Shown: positions 19,727 through 29,071, numbered from the whole stretch's first letter. The stretch: 63,909 nucleotides of DNA, filler included, from 6 parts of 6 records of this genome joined end to end with filler, not necessarily neighbours in it; one strand, 5' to 3'. Translations and numbers: made by a program. The notes: generated by a model not told the origin, from the sequence alone.

Positions 19727-20821
19727 ATGCCTTCTCCTGCCATTAAGCGACTCTTACAAAAGCTTATCCCTTATCTGATTGTGTGGACTACAGGTGGTTT
19801 TATCTACCTCATATTGGAGTACGGTATTCTGGGTGAGAGTGAATTTTATCCTTCCACGAAAAATCTTTATGATCCGCTGATTGCTGTCAAGATTATGCCT
19901 TTTATGGTGTTGGCTTTAAGCATTTCCATCTGGCTGATCGAAGAATTGTATTTCAAACATGCGCTTAAAGAAAGACCATTCCTGCTTCGTTTGGTGCTAA
20001 AGACCTCCATTTACGTTACAGCTATCTGCCTCATCATTATTGTCGCGACCACCATTGTCAATGGGATCATACTGGATAAAGGGACTTTTCATTCTGAAAC
20101 CATCAATGCTCAAATTGTATTCTTTCTTGACTTTTCATTTCTCAGCATTGTCATCTACTGTAGCTGGTGCATTGCTATTTGCATCTTCATCTCCGAGATG
20201 ATTGACTACCTGGGATTGAATGTAGTTGGTCACTTTTTCACCGGAAAGTATGCCAAACCTGTAGTTGAAGACAGGATATTCATGTTTTTGGATATGAAAG
20301 GTTCGACCACCATTGCGGAGCAACTTGGACACAAACTGTATTATCGCTTGGTCAATAGATATTACAGGGATATGACCAGGGCCATTACACAAACAGAAGG
20401 TGAGATATACCAGTATGTAGGCGATGAAATTGTCATTTCCTGGACACTCAAACAAGGCATCAAAAATGCCAATTGTATCCGCTGCTATTTTGAAATTGAG
20501 CAATCCATAAAAGAGAATGCACACCAATATGAAAAGGAATTTGGGTTGGTTCCCACCTTCAAAGCAGGAGTTCATTCCGGGACTGTCACACGTGGGCAAG
20601 TTGGTGTGATCAAGAAAGAAATGCTGTTTACAGGAGATACGCTCAATACTACTGCTCGCATTCAAGGATTGTGCAACGAGCTTAACGCCAGATTCCTGAT
20701 ATCCGAAAACGTAAGGAGCCTCCTTCCGGAGGCTCCTACACTGAAATCAAAAGGTGACCACCAACTAAGAGGACGCAACCAAACCATATCCCTCTATGAG
20801 GTTGCCACCCTGTCAGATTAG
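19727..20821 (+). CDS. Membrane-anchored class III adenylate/guanylate cyclase domain protein
   Basis: Four TM segments then MFLDMKGSTT, YVGDE, GVHSG.V, GDTLNTTARIQ. Confidence 0.9.
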   Translation: MPSPAIKRLLQKLIPYLIVWTTGGFIYLILEYGILGESEFYPSTKNLYDPLIAVKIMPFMVLALSISIWLIEELYFKHALKERPFLLRLVLKTSIYVTAICLIIIVATTIVNGIILDKGTFHSETINAQIVFFLDFSFLSIVIYCSWCIAICIFISEMIDYLGLNVVGHFFTGKYAKPVVEDRIFMFLDMKGSTTIAEQLGHKLYYRLVNRYYRDMTRAITQTEGEIYQYVGDEIVISWTLKQGIKNANCIRCYFEIEQSIKENAHQYEKEFGLVPTFKAGVHSGTVTRGQVGVIKKEMLFTGDTLNTTARIQGLCNELNARFLISENVRSLLPEAPTLKSKGDHQLRGRNQTISLYEVATLSD

Positions 20822-21672
20822 GCCATATGGGCTTTATTAATAGTCAAAACTGGTACTGACGAATACTTGGTCAATTTGGTCGCAAAAGAGTGCTGGAAGA
20901 AACGATACAATCCGGACTTGGCCTCTGACAAGGCAATAATGAGTCCAGCATCTGTTCCTTCTGCATATTCCATAAGCGCCACACTTTCATGTTTGTCTTC
21001 AATCACATCCACCACATAGTTGGAAAGCCCTGCAATCTTGGCAATCTTATTGAGCTGTTCCATTAAGTTTTCCTCAGGCTCAGACGTTGTGATGTTAACA
21101 ATATGAAGTCTAGCTTCCAGTGCATCAGAAATGACTTTCACCATCTCAAATGCTTTTTTGGTGTAATGTTCATCCTGAAGATCCAGACCGAGCACAATGT
21201 CTTCCACTTTATGGTATTGCTGATCTTGAAGCGACAACACCGGCGTTTTTAAGTTCTCAATGAGTTGCTCGGTGTGGTTGCCACTGAAAAATTCCTGAAT
21301 GCTTTCTTCGCCGGTGGTACCAATGACCACCAGATCAGCTCCATTTTGTTCAATATAATGCTCGATTCCTTTCAGAAATCCACCACCATATTGTCTGGCT
21401 TTGACCGGAACATCATCAGAGGTAAACTCATTTTCGAGCTCCTTCAATTTTTGCTGATTCGCCCGGAAAAGCTGTGCATTGTACAGTGAATCACCGGAAA
21501 TGGTGCTTCCGCTTGCTTCACCCGATAAGTGTAGAGATAGATCGCCAAGTGGGACCTCCTCAAGGTGAATGACTGTAACATTAGCTTTCAGCGGTTTTGC
21601 AATTTTCACTGCAAAATCAAGTGCCTGTTTAGAAAGCTTCGTAAAATCGGTAGGTACAAGAATGTTTTTCAT
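20818..21672 (-). CDS. Universal stress protein (tandem USP domains)
   Basis: MKNILVPTDF, ADLVVIGTTG, PVL at the end of each domain. Confidence 0.92.
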   Translation of the reverse strand: MKNILVPTDFTKLSKQALDFAVKIAKPLKANVTVIHLEEVPLGDLSLHLSGEASGSTISGDSLYNAQLFRANQQKLKELENEFTSDDVPVKARQYGGGFLKGIEHYIEQNGADLVVIGTTGEESIQEFFSGNHTEQLIENLKTPVLSLQDQQYHKVEDIVLGLDLQDEHYTKKAFEMVKVISDALEARLHIVNITTSEPEENLMEQLNKIAKIAGLSNYVVDVIEDKHESVALMEYAEGTDAGLIIALSEAKSGLYRFFQHSFATKLTKYSSVPVLTINKAHMA

Positions 21673-21765
21673 GACAATTATCGTTTGGTTGTGAAAGCCA
21701 AGCTAGCTGTCCGACTAGTGGATTCACAGGATAAATGTCAGGAAATCCCTTGTTTTTGGTCAGGC

Positions 21766-22089
21766 TTACTTCATGCCACCAAGCATGTTGGCCAACGCGC
21801 GTTTCCCTCCTGATTTGTTCATCATCTTCATCATTTTGCGCATCTGATCGAATTGCTTCAGAAGCTGGTTCACTTCTTGAATAGTGGTGCCACTACCTTT
21901 TGCAATTCGCTGCTTTCTGGTTCCGTTCAGGATTTCAGGGTTGGTGCGCTCTTTAGGTGTCATGGATTTAATAATCGCCTCAATGGGTTTGAGCGAATCA
22001 TCATCAATATCAATGTCTTTTACAGCCTTGCCTACTCCGGGAATCATTCCAAGCAGGTCTTTCATGCTTCCCATCTTCTTCATCTGCTC
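21766..22089 (-). CDS. ffh: Signal recognition particle protein, M-domain fragment
   Basis: KKMGSMKDLLGMIPG, EAIIKSMTPKER, RIAKGSG, VNQLLKQF; truncated by contig end. Confidence 0.95.
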   Translation of the reverse strand, partial: EQMKKMGSMKDLLGMIPGVGKAVKDIDIDDDSLKPIEAIIKSMTPKERTNPEILNGTRKQRIAKGSGTTIQEVNQLLKQFDQMRKMMKMMNKSGGKRALANMLGGMK

Positions 22090-22090
22090 C

Positions 22091-22190
22091 NNNNNNNNNN
22101 NNNNNNNNNNNNNNNNNNNNNNNNNNNNNNNNNNTTAATTAATTAANNNNNNNNNNNNNNNNNNNNNNNNNNNNNNNNNNNNNNNNNNNN
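22091..22190. other. Artificial contig linker
   Basis: N44-TTAATTAATTAA-N44. Confidence 0.99.
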
Positions 22191-22217
22191 AGGCAAGCTC
22201 CCACAGCGGCTTCGTAG
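22191..22217. repeat. Partial REP element at contig start
   Basis: AGGCAAGCTCCCACAGCGGCTTCGTAG matches 34602-34628 with one mismatch. Confidence 0.75.
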
Positions 22218-22293
22218 TCCCTTCCGTGGAAATCTTGCCGTTCCATAATGGCGGGACAACACCGCGATGAGCCTTGCCTCGTTGCCCCAAAAG

Positions 22294-22327
22294 AAAACGC
22301 CCCGGGAATCGCTTCCCGGGGCGTTTT
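22294..22327. terminator. Rho-independent terminator, probably bidirectional
   Basis: AAAACGCCCCGGGAA-TCGC-TTCCCGGGGCGTTTT with flanking A/T tracts, downstream of the lipoprotein stop. Confidence 0.85.
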
Positions 22328-22353
22328 TTGCTTCGTTGCGAATCGACTGGGTA

Positions 22354-24252
22354 TCAGGTCCAGCCGAACAGCAGGTCCAGCAGGCTGCTCAGCAGGTCAC
22401 CCAGAACAGGAACGTCCTGCAGGGCGTCCTCAATCGGGCTCAACAGCTGCTTCAGCAGGCTCTCATCGTTACCGGTCAGGGTTTCCAGCAGACCGGCCAG
22501 CGGATCACCCAGGGCCGGGATTTGCTCCAGCAGGTCACCCACGGTCGGAACCAGGGCACCGCCGTCACCGACAGGGCCGTCGAGGACACCACCAAGCAGG
22601 CCGTCCAGATCCAGGTCACCGCCCAGCGCGCCGCCCAGCAGGCCGGTCAGCAGATCGCCCAGCACCGGAATATTCTCCAGCAAGGACAGATCAGGCTCGA
22701 AACCGCCGTCACCGCCAGGCAGACCACCACCCAAAGTACCCAGTATCTGGTTCAACAGATCACCCAGTACCGGGATCTGATCCAGAGCGCCGGTGAGCAT
22801 ATCCAGCGGGTTGCCGTCACCACCACCCAAGCCACCGTCGGCCAGGCCGAGCAAGGTGGCCAGAAGGGGATCGAGTACGTCACCCAGCACCGGAATCTCA
22901 CCCAGCAGACCGGTCAGACCGGACAGCTGGTCGCCGGCACCGGCCAGGCAAGACAGCGGATTACCGGATTCGCAGGTCAGCGCGCCCAGTACTTGCTCCA
23001 GCACGTCGCCCAGCACCGGTACTTGATCCAGCAGGCCGGTCACGGCTTCCAGATCGCCACCGCTCAGACCACCCAGCAGACCTTCCAGATCCAGCGGCAG
23101 GCCGCCGTCACCACCGATATCGCCGTTGAGGATACCGCCAATGATGTCACCCAGAACCGGAATCTCGCCGGTCAGATCACCCAGCATGCCCAGGTTTTCC
23201 AGCAGGCTGGTGAGCGGATCGGAGCCGTCGCCCGGAAGCGGCAGGCCGCCTTCCAGCAGACCGCCCAGCAGGTCGCCGAGAACCGGAATGCCGCCAACGG
23301 CATCGGCGATCGGGCCCAGGCCTTCGCCGATATCCAGCAGGCAAGTCAGTTGGTTCTCGCCATCTTCACAGTTGCCACCCAGGCCAACCACGGTGGTTAC
23401 CGCGCCCAGCACTTCGGTAAGACACGCTTGCGGGTTGAACTCGGACGCGTTGGTGGCCACCGGGCACAACGCCATGGAAACGGTGTTCACGGTGCCCAGC
23501 AGCAGTTCGCCACTGGCCAGGTTGTTGGCCACGCCAGTCAGGCAGGTCTGCGGGTTCATCATGTCTTCGCAGCCCAGCAGGCCGACCACGCCCTGGATGG
23601 TATCCGGAGTGGACTGCAGCACCTCGACCAGACAGGTCACCGGGTTGCCGTCCGCGTCCTGGGAGTTAGCCGGACACAGTGCCTGGGTCACCGGGCTGGT
23701 ACCGTCCAGCAAGCCAGTGATGGTGTTCTTCAGGTAAGTGCCGCTTTCCAATACACAGGCTTGCAGGAAGTCTGGATTGGTGGCGCTACCCAGCAGACCG
23801 GACTCGGTGTCCGCTACCGCGTTGGCACACAACAGGCCCAGCAAGTTGTCGTTGCTCAGGGAAATGTTTTCAAGTGCTTCATTCTGACAAGTCAGAACAT
23901 CAATCGCATCGCCCAGATTGGAGTCGATCAGAGCACCAGGACAAACAGAAGCGGTGAAATGGTTGTTGCTATCGATCAGCGTCAACAACTCCGCTTCTTC
24001 TTCAGGAGTCGGCTCGTCGGGATCGTCGGGGTTATCAGGGTTGTCGGGATCATCCGGATCATCGGGATTGTCCGGGTTATCAGGGTCATCCGGATTGTCC
24101 GGGTTATCGGGGTTGTCCGGGTTATTCGGGGTTCCCGGGTTGTTCGGATCGTTCGGCGTACCGCCGCCACCACCACCGCCACTGCCACCACAGGCGGCCA
24201 GGGCGACCACCATCAAGCACAGTAGCAGGCCTCTTGCCATGGACGTAATCAT
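22354..24252 (-). CDS. Large acidic repetitive lipoprotein of unknown function
   Basis: Lipobox LAA-C, Gly run, (PDN/PDD)n linker, seven Cys pairs, nine (I/V)PxLGD-type repeats; GAGG RBS before ATG 24252; terminator downstream. Confidence 0.85.
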   Translation of the reverse strand: MITSMARGLLLCLMVVALAACGGSGGGGGGGTPNDPNNPGTPNNPDNPDNPDNPDDPDNPDNPDDPDDPDNPDNPDDPDEPTPEEEAELLTLIDSNNHFTASVCPGALIDSNLGDAIDVLTCQNEALENISLSNDNLLGLLCANAVADTESGLLGSATNPDFLQACVLESGTYLKNTITGLLDGTSPVTQALCPANSQDADGNPVTCLVEVLQSTPDTIQGVVGLLGCEDMMNPQTCLTGVANNLASGELLLGTVNTVSMALCPVATNASEFNPQACLTEVLGAVTTVVGLGGNCEDGENQLTCLLDIGEGLGPIADAVGGIPVLGDLLGGLLEGGLPLPGDGSDPLTSLLENLGMLGDLTGEIPVLGDIIGGILNGDIGGDGGLPLDLEGLLGGLSGGDLEAVTGLLDQVPVLGDVLEQVLGALTCESGNPLSCLAGAGDQLSGLTGLLGEIPVLGDVLDPLLATLLGLADGGLGGGDGNPLDMLTGALDQIPVLGDLLNQILGTLGGGLPGGDGGFEPDLSLLENIPVLGDLLTGLLGGALGGDLDLDGLLGGVLDGPVGDGGALVPTVGDLLEQIPALGDPLAGLLETLTGNDESLLKQLLSPIEDALQDVPVLGDLLSSLLDLLFGWT

Positions 24253-24391
24253 CGCTTCCACCCTCATTGAGTAACCATTGTTCGAAAAATTCAGGTCATC
24301 CAGTGACCAGGGTTGAGCTCCCCGTCCCCCTGAAAACCGATGAACCTCGAATGAACGAATGTACAAAGGGTGGCTATGAAAAAATGTAGAA

Positions 24392-24481
24392 TGTGATTTA
24401 CGTCATGTTAACGGCGCGTGCTCAGGTAACTCCGCGGTTTCCGTTGTCAGCGGCTGTAACCGAATTGTGACTTTTATCTCA
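24392..24481. promoter_or_regulatory. Two CRP/Vfr-like boxes upstream of the lipoprotein gene
   Basis: TGTGA-TTTACG-TCATG (24392-24407) and TGTGA-CTTTTA-TCTCA (24466-24481). Confidence 0.5.
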
Positions 24482-24617
24482 TCTATCAGGAGAACCGCGT
24501 AACAGGATTGAGCAAAAAACAACAAGATTGGCGCGCCCTGACCGGCGCGCCGGACCTGTTTCTGTTCCAGCAAGGATCGCTTGTCAGCCAGAGCGGGCCG
24601 ACAGGACAGGAAGGGAA

Positions 24618-25235
24618 TCAGGTGATTTCGATCATCACCCGGTGTCGATAAGCGGGGCGCTCGGCCAGACGGTGATACCAGGCTTCCAGATGAGGCAGAT
24701 CCGGGCGCTGGTCATCCAGCTCAAACCACGGATAGCTCAGGCAGCCCAGCGGGATATCGCCCATGCCAAAGTCATCACCGGACAGGTAGGGCTGGCTGGC
24801 CAGAGCCTGGTCCGCCACCGCCAGTTGCTCGCGCAAAAACCGCAGTCCCCGTTCCATGGCCGCCGAATCGCGAGTCTCCGCGGTTCGGCGTACCCGGTTG
24901 ATGAACCAGTCCTTGTAGGCACCCACCAGGGTGGTGGAAGTCCAATCCATCCATTTGTCCGCGCCGGCCCGGCGTTTCGGATCCGAGGCGTACACCCGGC
25001 CGGCGCCGTACTGAGCGCCGAGATAACGAACGATGGCATTGGATTCCCACAACACCAGGTCGCCATCCTGCAGGCAGGGAATCAGGCCGTTCGGATTCAT
25101 TTCCCGATATACCGGCTCATCCAGCCCGCCGTAACGGCCACCAAGCGGCTGATGCTCCACATCCAGCCCCAGCTCGTCGGCGCACCACAGCACCTTTTTC
25201 ACGTTGGTGGAATCCTTGCGGCCCCACACTTTCAT
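24618..25235 (-). CDS. Glutathione S-transferase (GstB/YliJ-like)
   Basis: MKVWGR..S.NVKKVLW, MNPNGLIP, LWESNAIVRYL. Confidence 0.92.
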   Translation of the reverse strand: MKVWGRKDSTNVKKVLWCADELGLDVEHQPLGGRYGGLDEPVYREMNPNGLIPCLQDGDLVLWESNAIVRYLGAQYGAGRVYASDPKRRAGADKWMDWTSTTLVGAYKDWFINRVRRTAETRDSAAMERGLRFLREQLAVADQALASQPYLSGDDFGMGDIPLGCLSYPWFELDDQRPDLPHLEAWYHRLAERPAYRHRVMIEIT

Positions 25236-25287
25236 CGCTCTTCTCCGGTTCCGGGCCGGCGCCGTCAGGCAACCGGCCACTCAACGA

Positions 25288-26097
25288 TCAGCCATCCACC
25301 TTGTTCAGGTGCACATCCATTTGCGGGAAGGGGATGTTAATGCCCGCTTCATCGAAGCGGCGTTTTACCTTCTCAGTGATATCCCAAAGCACACCCCAGT
25401 AGTCCGCGTTCTTCACCCAGGGACGGCAAAGAAAATTCACCGAGCTGTCCGCCAGTTCGCCGACCACGATGGTCGGCGCCGGATCCTTGAGGCAGCGCTC
25501 GTCTTCCGCGATCACTTCCTGCAGGATCTGCTTCACCTTGCTCAGATCCGAGTCATAGCCAACCCCGAACACCATGTCCACCCGGCGGGTGGGCATTTCC
25601 GAGTAGTTGACGATATTGCCGGCAATGATCGGACCGTTGGGCACCGTCACCACTTTGTTGTCCGGAGTGTTGAGGATGGTGGCGAAAATCCGGACTTCCT
25701 TCACGGTACCGGAGGTGCCAGCCACTTCCACATAGTGCCCGACACGGAAAGGCCGGAACATGATCAACATGACGCCGGCGGCAAAGTTGCCCAGGGAATC
25801 CTTCAGTGCCAGACCCACCGCCAGACCGGCGGCACCGACAATGGCCACCAGGGAGGTGGTCTCGACACCCAGTTGATCCAGCGCGGCGATCACCACGAAG
25901 ACAAACAGCAGGATGTGGATGATGTTACCCAGGAAATTGGCCACCGTCGGGTCCAGGCGCTTGTTCAGCAGCCCTTTGCACCAGTTGGAGATACGCTTGG
26001 CCACCCAGATACCAATGACGAAGACCACCACCGCCATGGCGAAACTCCAGGCGTATGGCATCAGGTTCTCATTGATGAATGTTTCGATCTGTTCCAT
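25288..26097 (-). CDS. mscS: Small-conductance mechanosensitive channel
   Basis: GAAGLAVGLALKDSLGNFAAGV, RPFRVG, DSSVN, GINIPFPQ. Confidence 0.93.
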   Translation of the reverse strand: MEQIETFINENLMPYAWSFAMAVVVFVIGIWVAKRISNWCKGLLNKRLDPTVANFLGNIIHILLFVFVVIAALDQLGVETTSLVAIVGAAGLAVGLALKDSLGNFAAGVMLIMFRPFRVGHYVEVAGTSGTVKEVRIFATILNTPDNKVVTVPNGPIIAGNIVNYSEMPTRRVDMVFGVGYDSDLSKVKQILQEVIAEDERCLKDPAPTIVVGELADSSVNFLCRPWVKNADYWGVLWDITEKVKRRFDEAGINIPFPQMDVHLNKVDG

Positions 26098-26233
26098 GTA
26101 CCCACCTCTTTTCCTGAAAGCCCAAAATTATGCCGCATCCTTAGTGGCATCCCCATTCGTGGACCGCCTTCGGGCTGGTGTTTTTACACAATATTCATGG
26201 TTCGCCGGCACCGCGCGATGCCAGCGAACACTA

Positions 26234-26710
26234 TCAACCCAGTTGAGCCAGCACGGTTTCCGCGCTGCTTTTGTCCACGCCTTTGGCGTCCACGCCCAGA
26301 TACTTCACCACGCCATCCTCGGCGATCAGGGCGAAACGCTGACTGCGGATACCGAGCCCGGCACCGCTGGCGTCCAATTCCAGCCCCAGGGCACGGGTGA
26401 ACTCAGCGTTGCCGTCCGCCAGCATGGTAATGTGTTCGGCGTTCTGGTCCTGCTGCCAGGCGCCCATGACAAAAGCGTCGTTCACCGCCATGCAGGCGAT
26501 GGCGTCCACTTTCTCCAGTAACGCATCAGCGTTCACCACGAAACCCGGCATGTGGGTCACGGAACAGCCGGGGGTAAAAGCGCCGGGAACGGCGAACAAA
26601 ACCACCTTGCGGCCTTTGAAGAAATCGCCGGTGGACAGGTCTTCCGGTCCTTTGGCGCCATTGGTTTTGATGGTGACGTCAGGCAGTTTATCGCCAACGG
26701 ATATAGTCAT
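26234..26710 (-). CDS. Peroxiredoxin (Prx5 type)
   Basis: VPGAFTPGCS..H.PGF, VNDAFVM.AW, LADGN, RSQRFA. Confidence 0.93.
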   Translation of the reverse strand: MTISVGDKLPDVTIKTNGAKGPEDLSTGDFFKGRKVVLFAVPGAFTPGCSVTHMPGFVVNADALLEKVDAIACMAVNDAFVMGAWQQDQNAEHITMLADGNAEFTRALGLELDASGAGLGIRSQRFALIAEDGVVKYLGVDAKGVDKSSAETVLAQLG

Positions 26711-26845
26711 GATCAGGTCCCGCTTGGTTGTCGTTGAAGCCAGGGCGCGCTCCGCGCCAGGAAATCCGGGTCAATGTAGCATGCTATCCGTGATCGCTCC
26801 CAGCATCACCGGCATGGCCGGGCCCGGTGCGACGGAAGAAAGACA

Positions 26846-26878
26846 TCGCGGCCCTTTTCATAGTGAAAAGGGCCGCGA
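26846..26878 (-). terminator. Terminator hairpin downstream of the VIT/vWA gene
   Basis: 15-bp perfect stem TCGCGGCCCTTTTCA-TAG-TGAAAAGGGCCGCGA. Confidence 0.7.
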
Positions 26879-26908
26879 CACACTTGCTCATTGGGACCTG
26901 ATCTCTTC

Positions 26909-28975
26909 TTAGCGACGCTGCCGCCACCATCCACCCAGCAGCAGAATCAGGAACGGCAACCAGGCCAGCGGTCCGAACGCACCGCCACCGCCGCCGCCCG
27001 TGGAAGGGCGATGCCCCTTGAACATCGGCTGCGAACCATCAACCCGATTGGAAACCGGCGTCACCTGCTCGCGCTGAGCCTTGGCCAGACGTTCGATATC
27101 GCGGCGTTTGGCGTTATCGCGGTCGATGCCGTACTGCTGGAACATCTCCTCCCGCAGCACCACCATGGAGGTGTAGTTGGTGACCAGGCCGTACTCCAAA
27201 CCGAGATCGATGATGCCGTTACGAAGGTCCGCGTTGTCACCGAAATTATTCAGCTCCCGCTGCATCCCCTCGATGGTGGCATAGGCCCACAGCCGCTCCA
27301 GCTCCGGGTTGTCGCCTCCGCTGGCGGGGAATTCGAAGCGGGTTCTGTAGCGCCGTTTCTCACCGCCGACCTCGGCGGTAAGCGTCACCTCCGCCGGACC
27401 CTGGCCCCAATAGTGCCCCATCAGCACCATCTGGCGGCCCCGGTATACGGTGCCCAGACGTTCGGGAGTCACATCGGCGGTTTTCACGCCGTCGATCTCC
27501 ACTTTCACATTGTTCATGGCCTGGTGGGTCACCTTACTGGTGGCCAGCAGAATCTGTCCGACAATGTCATCGCTGTTGGAGACGTTTACCGCGAAGCCCT
27601 TGCTGGCGTCGGTGAGCGCGGTCAGCATCGGCCGGTTGGCACTGTTGCCCATGACGAAAGTGAACAAGCGGATGTCATGGGTCTCGAGCAGTTCGAGGAA
27701 TTTCTTCTGATCGGTGACACCGACGTTGGCGACGCCATCGGTCACCAGCACGATGCCGGTGGGCCGGTCCGCGTCCAGAGGCCGCAGCGCCAATTTCAGA
27801 CCATCGAACAGATTGGTGCCGCCCTGGGGGCCCAGGGCCTGAACCCGCTTCACGTAATGACGCACGTTCTCCGGGTTCACCACCACATAGCCATTGGTCA
27901 GCTCGCTGGCATGGTCGTCAAACAGAACGATGCGGAAACGGTCACCGGGGCGCAGTTTACCCAACGCCTGGCTGACTCCTTCGGCCAGCGTCGCCAGCTT
28001 GCCCTGCATGGACCCGGAGATATCCAACACGAATACCCAGTCGCTGCCGGTGGTGATCGGCTGCAGATCGTCCCCCGGGGTCAGGCTCAGCATGAAGGTC
28101 CCGCGGGAGGCGCCGGCGGCACGATAAGCCACGAGGTCCACACTGCCCGGCAGATCCGCCGCATGCCGCCAGTAAACCACCACATCCTGGTCAAGCCGGA
28201 AGGCCGCCGCCGGCGACGCCGGGTCCTCGCCTTCACCGGCGGGCACCGCGCCCTCTTCCGCCCCTTCGGCGGCCCCGGCACGGCTGTCCAGCGTCACTTG
28301 CCATTGTTGTGGTCCCAGCTGTTTGACCCGGGCCTGCGGGTGCTTGGGCAGACGCACCGCCTCCACCGGATAGCCGGTGCGCAGGTTCATGGTGAAGGTG
28401 AAGTGCTGCTCCACTTTGTCGTTGGCGGTCCAGAACGACAGGCGCTCTTCATCCACGCCGCCCTCTTCCAGAGGATAGACATAACGGCCGATGCCGGTAT
28501 CGACAAAAGCCGGTTGCAGATACACCAGCCGCACCCGGGTGTCCTGGCCCGCCCGTACCGGGCTGACGAAGACATCGAAGGTGCGGTAATCGTCCTTTTC
28601 CATCAGACCGGCGTCGCGGCCGGCGGCTTTCTCCTGCTCGTAGACCTCGCGGGCTTTTTGTTTCTCCAGCACCTCGCCGGTGACCGGCTTGCCATCGATC
28701 CACACCGTGAACTCCGCCACCGCCGCCTGGCGCGGTACCGGGAAGCTGTACCAGGCCTCGAAATCGCGGTCGTGGGGATTGTGGAACACCTGCTCCACCT
28801 CGGTGACCGCGTAGCCGTCCTCCACATCCACGGTGACATGCTGCTCGCGAATACTCAGCGGCGGTTCACTGCCATCCGCCGGGGTCATCAGACCCGCCGC
28901 CGCCACGATCTTCGCGCTCATCACCAACGCCAGTCCCAACAACCAATGTCCGAAGGTTCGTCCTGTGAGTGTCAT
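26909..28975 (-). CDS. VIT + vWA domain protein with GlyGly-CTERM sorting signal
   Basis: Signal peptide; VIT (EQVFHNP...EAWYSFPVP); MIDAS DISGSM, TDG; C-terminus GGGGGGAFG-TM-RQRR. Confidence 0.9.
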   Translation of the reverse strand: MTLTGRTFGHWLLGLALVMSAKIVAAAGLMTPADGSEPPLSIREQHVTVDVEDGYAVTEVEQVFHNPHDRDFEAWYSFPVPRQAAVAEFTVWIDGKPVTGEVLEKQKAREVYEQEKAAGRDAGLMEKDDYRTFDVFVSPVRAGQDTRVRLVYLQPAFVDTGIGRYVYPLEEGGVDEERLSFWTANDKVEQHFTFTMNLRTGYPVEAVRLPKHPQARVKQLGPQQWQVTLDSRAGAAEGAEEGAVPAGEGEDPASPAAAFRLDQDVVVYWRHAADLPGSVDLVAYRAAGASRGTFMLSLTPGDDLQPITTGSDWVFVLDISGSMQGKLATLAEGVSQALGKLRPGDRFRIVLFDDHASELTNGYVVVNPENVRHYVKRVQALGPQGGTNLFDGLKLALRPLDADRPTGIVLVTDGVANVGVTDQKKFLELLETHDIRLFTFVMGNSANRPMLTALTDASKGFAVNVSNSDDIVGQILLATSKVTHQAMNNVKVEIDGVKTADVTPERLGTVYRGRQMVLMGHYWGQGPAEVTLTAEVGGEKRRYRTRFEFPASGGDNPELERLWAYATIEGMQRELNNFGDNADLRNGIIDLGLEYGLVTNYTSMVVLREEMFQQYGIDRDNAKRRDIERLAKAQREQVTPVSNRVDGSQPMFKGHRPSTGGGGGGAFGPLAWLPFLILLLGGWWRQRR

Positions 28976-28990
28976 TGTCATTCCCCTTAT

Positions 28991-29071
28991 TTGAACGTTG
29001 TTTAATTTAGACACAGGACAACCCATCTATTAAACGGTGTTCATTAACAAGATGTTTCGGACAGTGTTCAA
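28991..29071. promoter_or_regulatory. Three copies of a 15-bp palindromic operator
   Basis: TTGAAC-GTT-GTTTAA (28991-29005), TTAAAC-GGT-GTTCAT (29030-29044), TCGGAC-AGT-GTTCAA (29057-29071). Confidence 0.55.

Noticed and set aside
19727..20821. Cyclase as part of a Pycsar or other defence system
   Set aside because: No adjacent cNMP-binding effector; four-TM receptor architecture and housekeeping neighbours
24010..24160. 9-nt periodic DNA as a possible CRISPR or non-coding array
   Set aside because: Encodes the PDN/PDD linker with synonymous variation; no spacers and no cas genes
22267..24225. 652-aa Gln-rich ORF on the + strand
   Set aside because: Antisense shadow of the Leu/Gly-rich lipoprotein (CTG read as CAG); it also runs through a terminator hairpin
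26891..29005. 704-aa + strand ORF
   Set aside because: Antisense shadow of the VIT-vWA gene in high-GC DNA; no motifs
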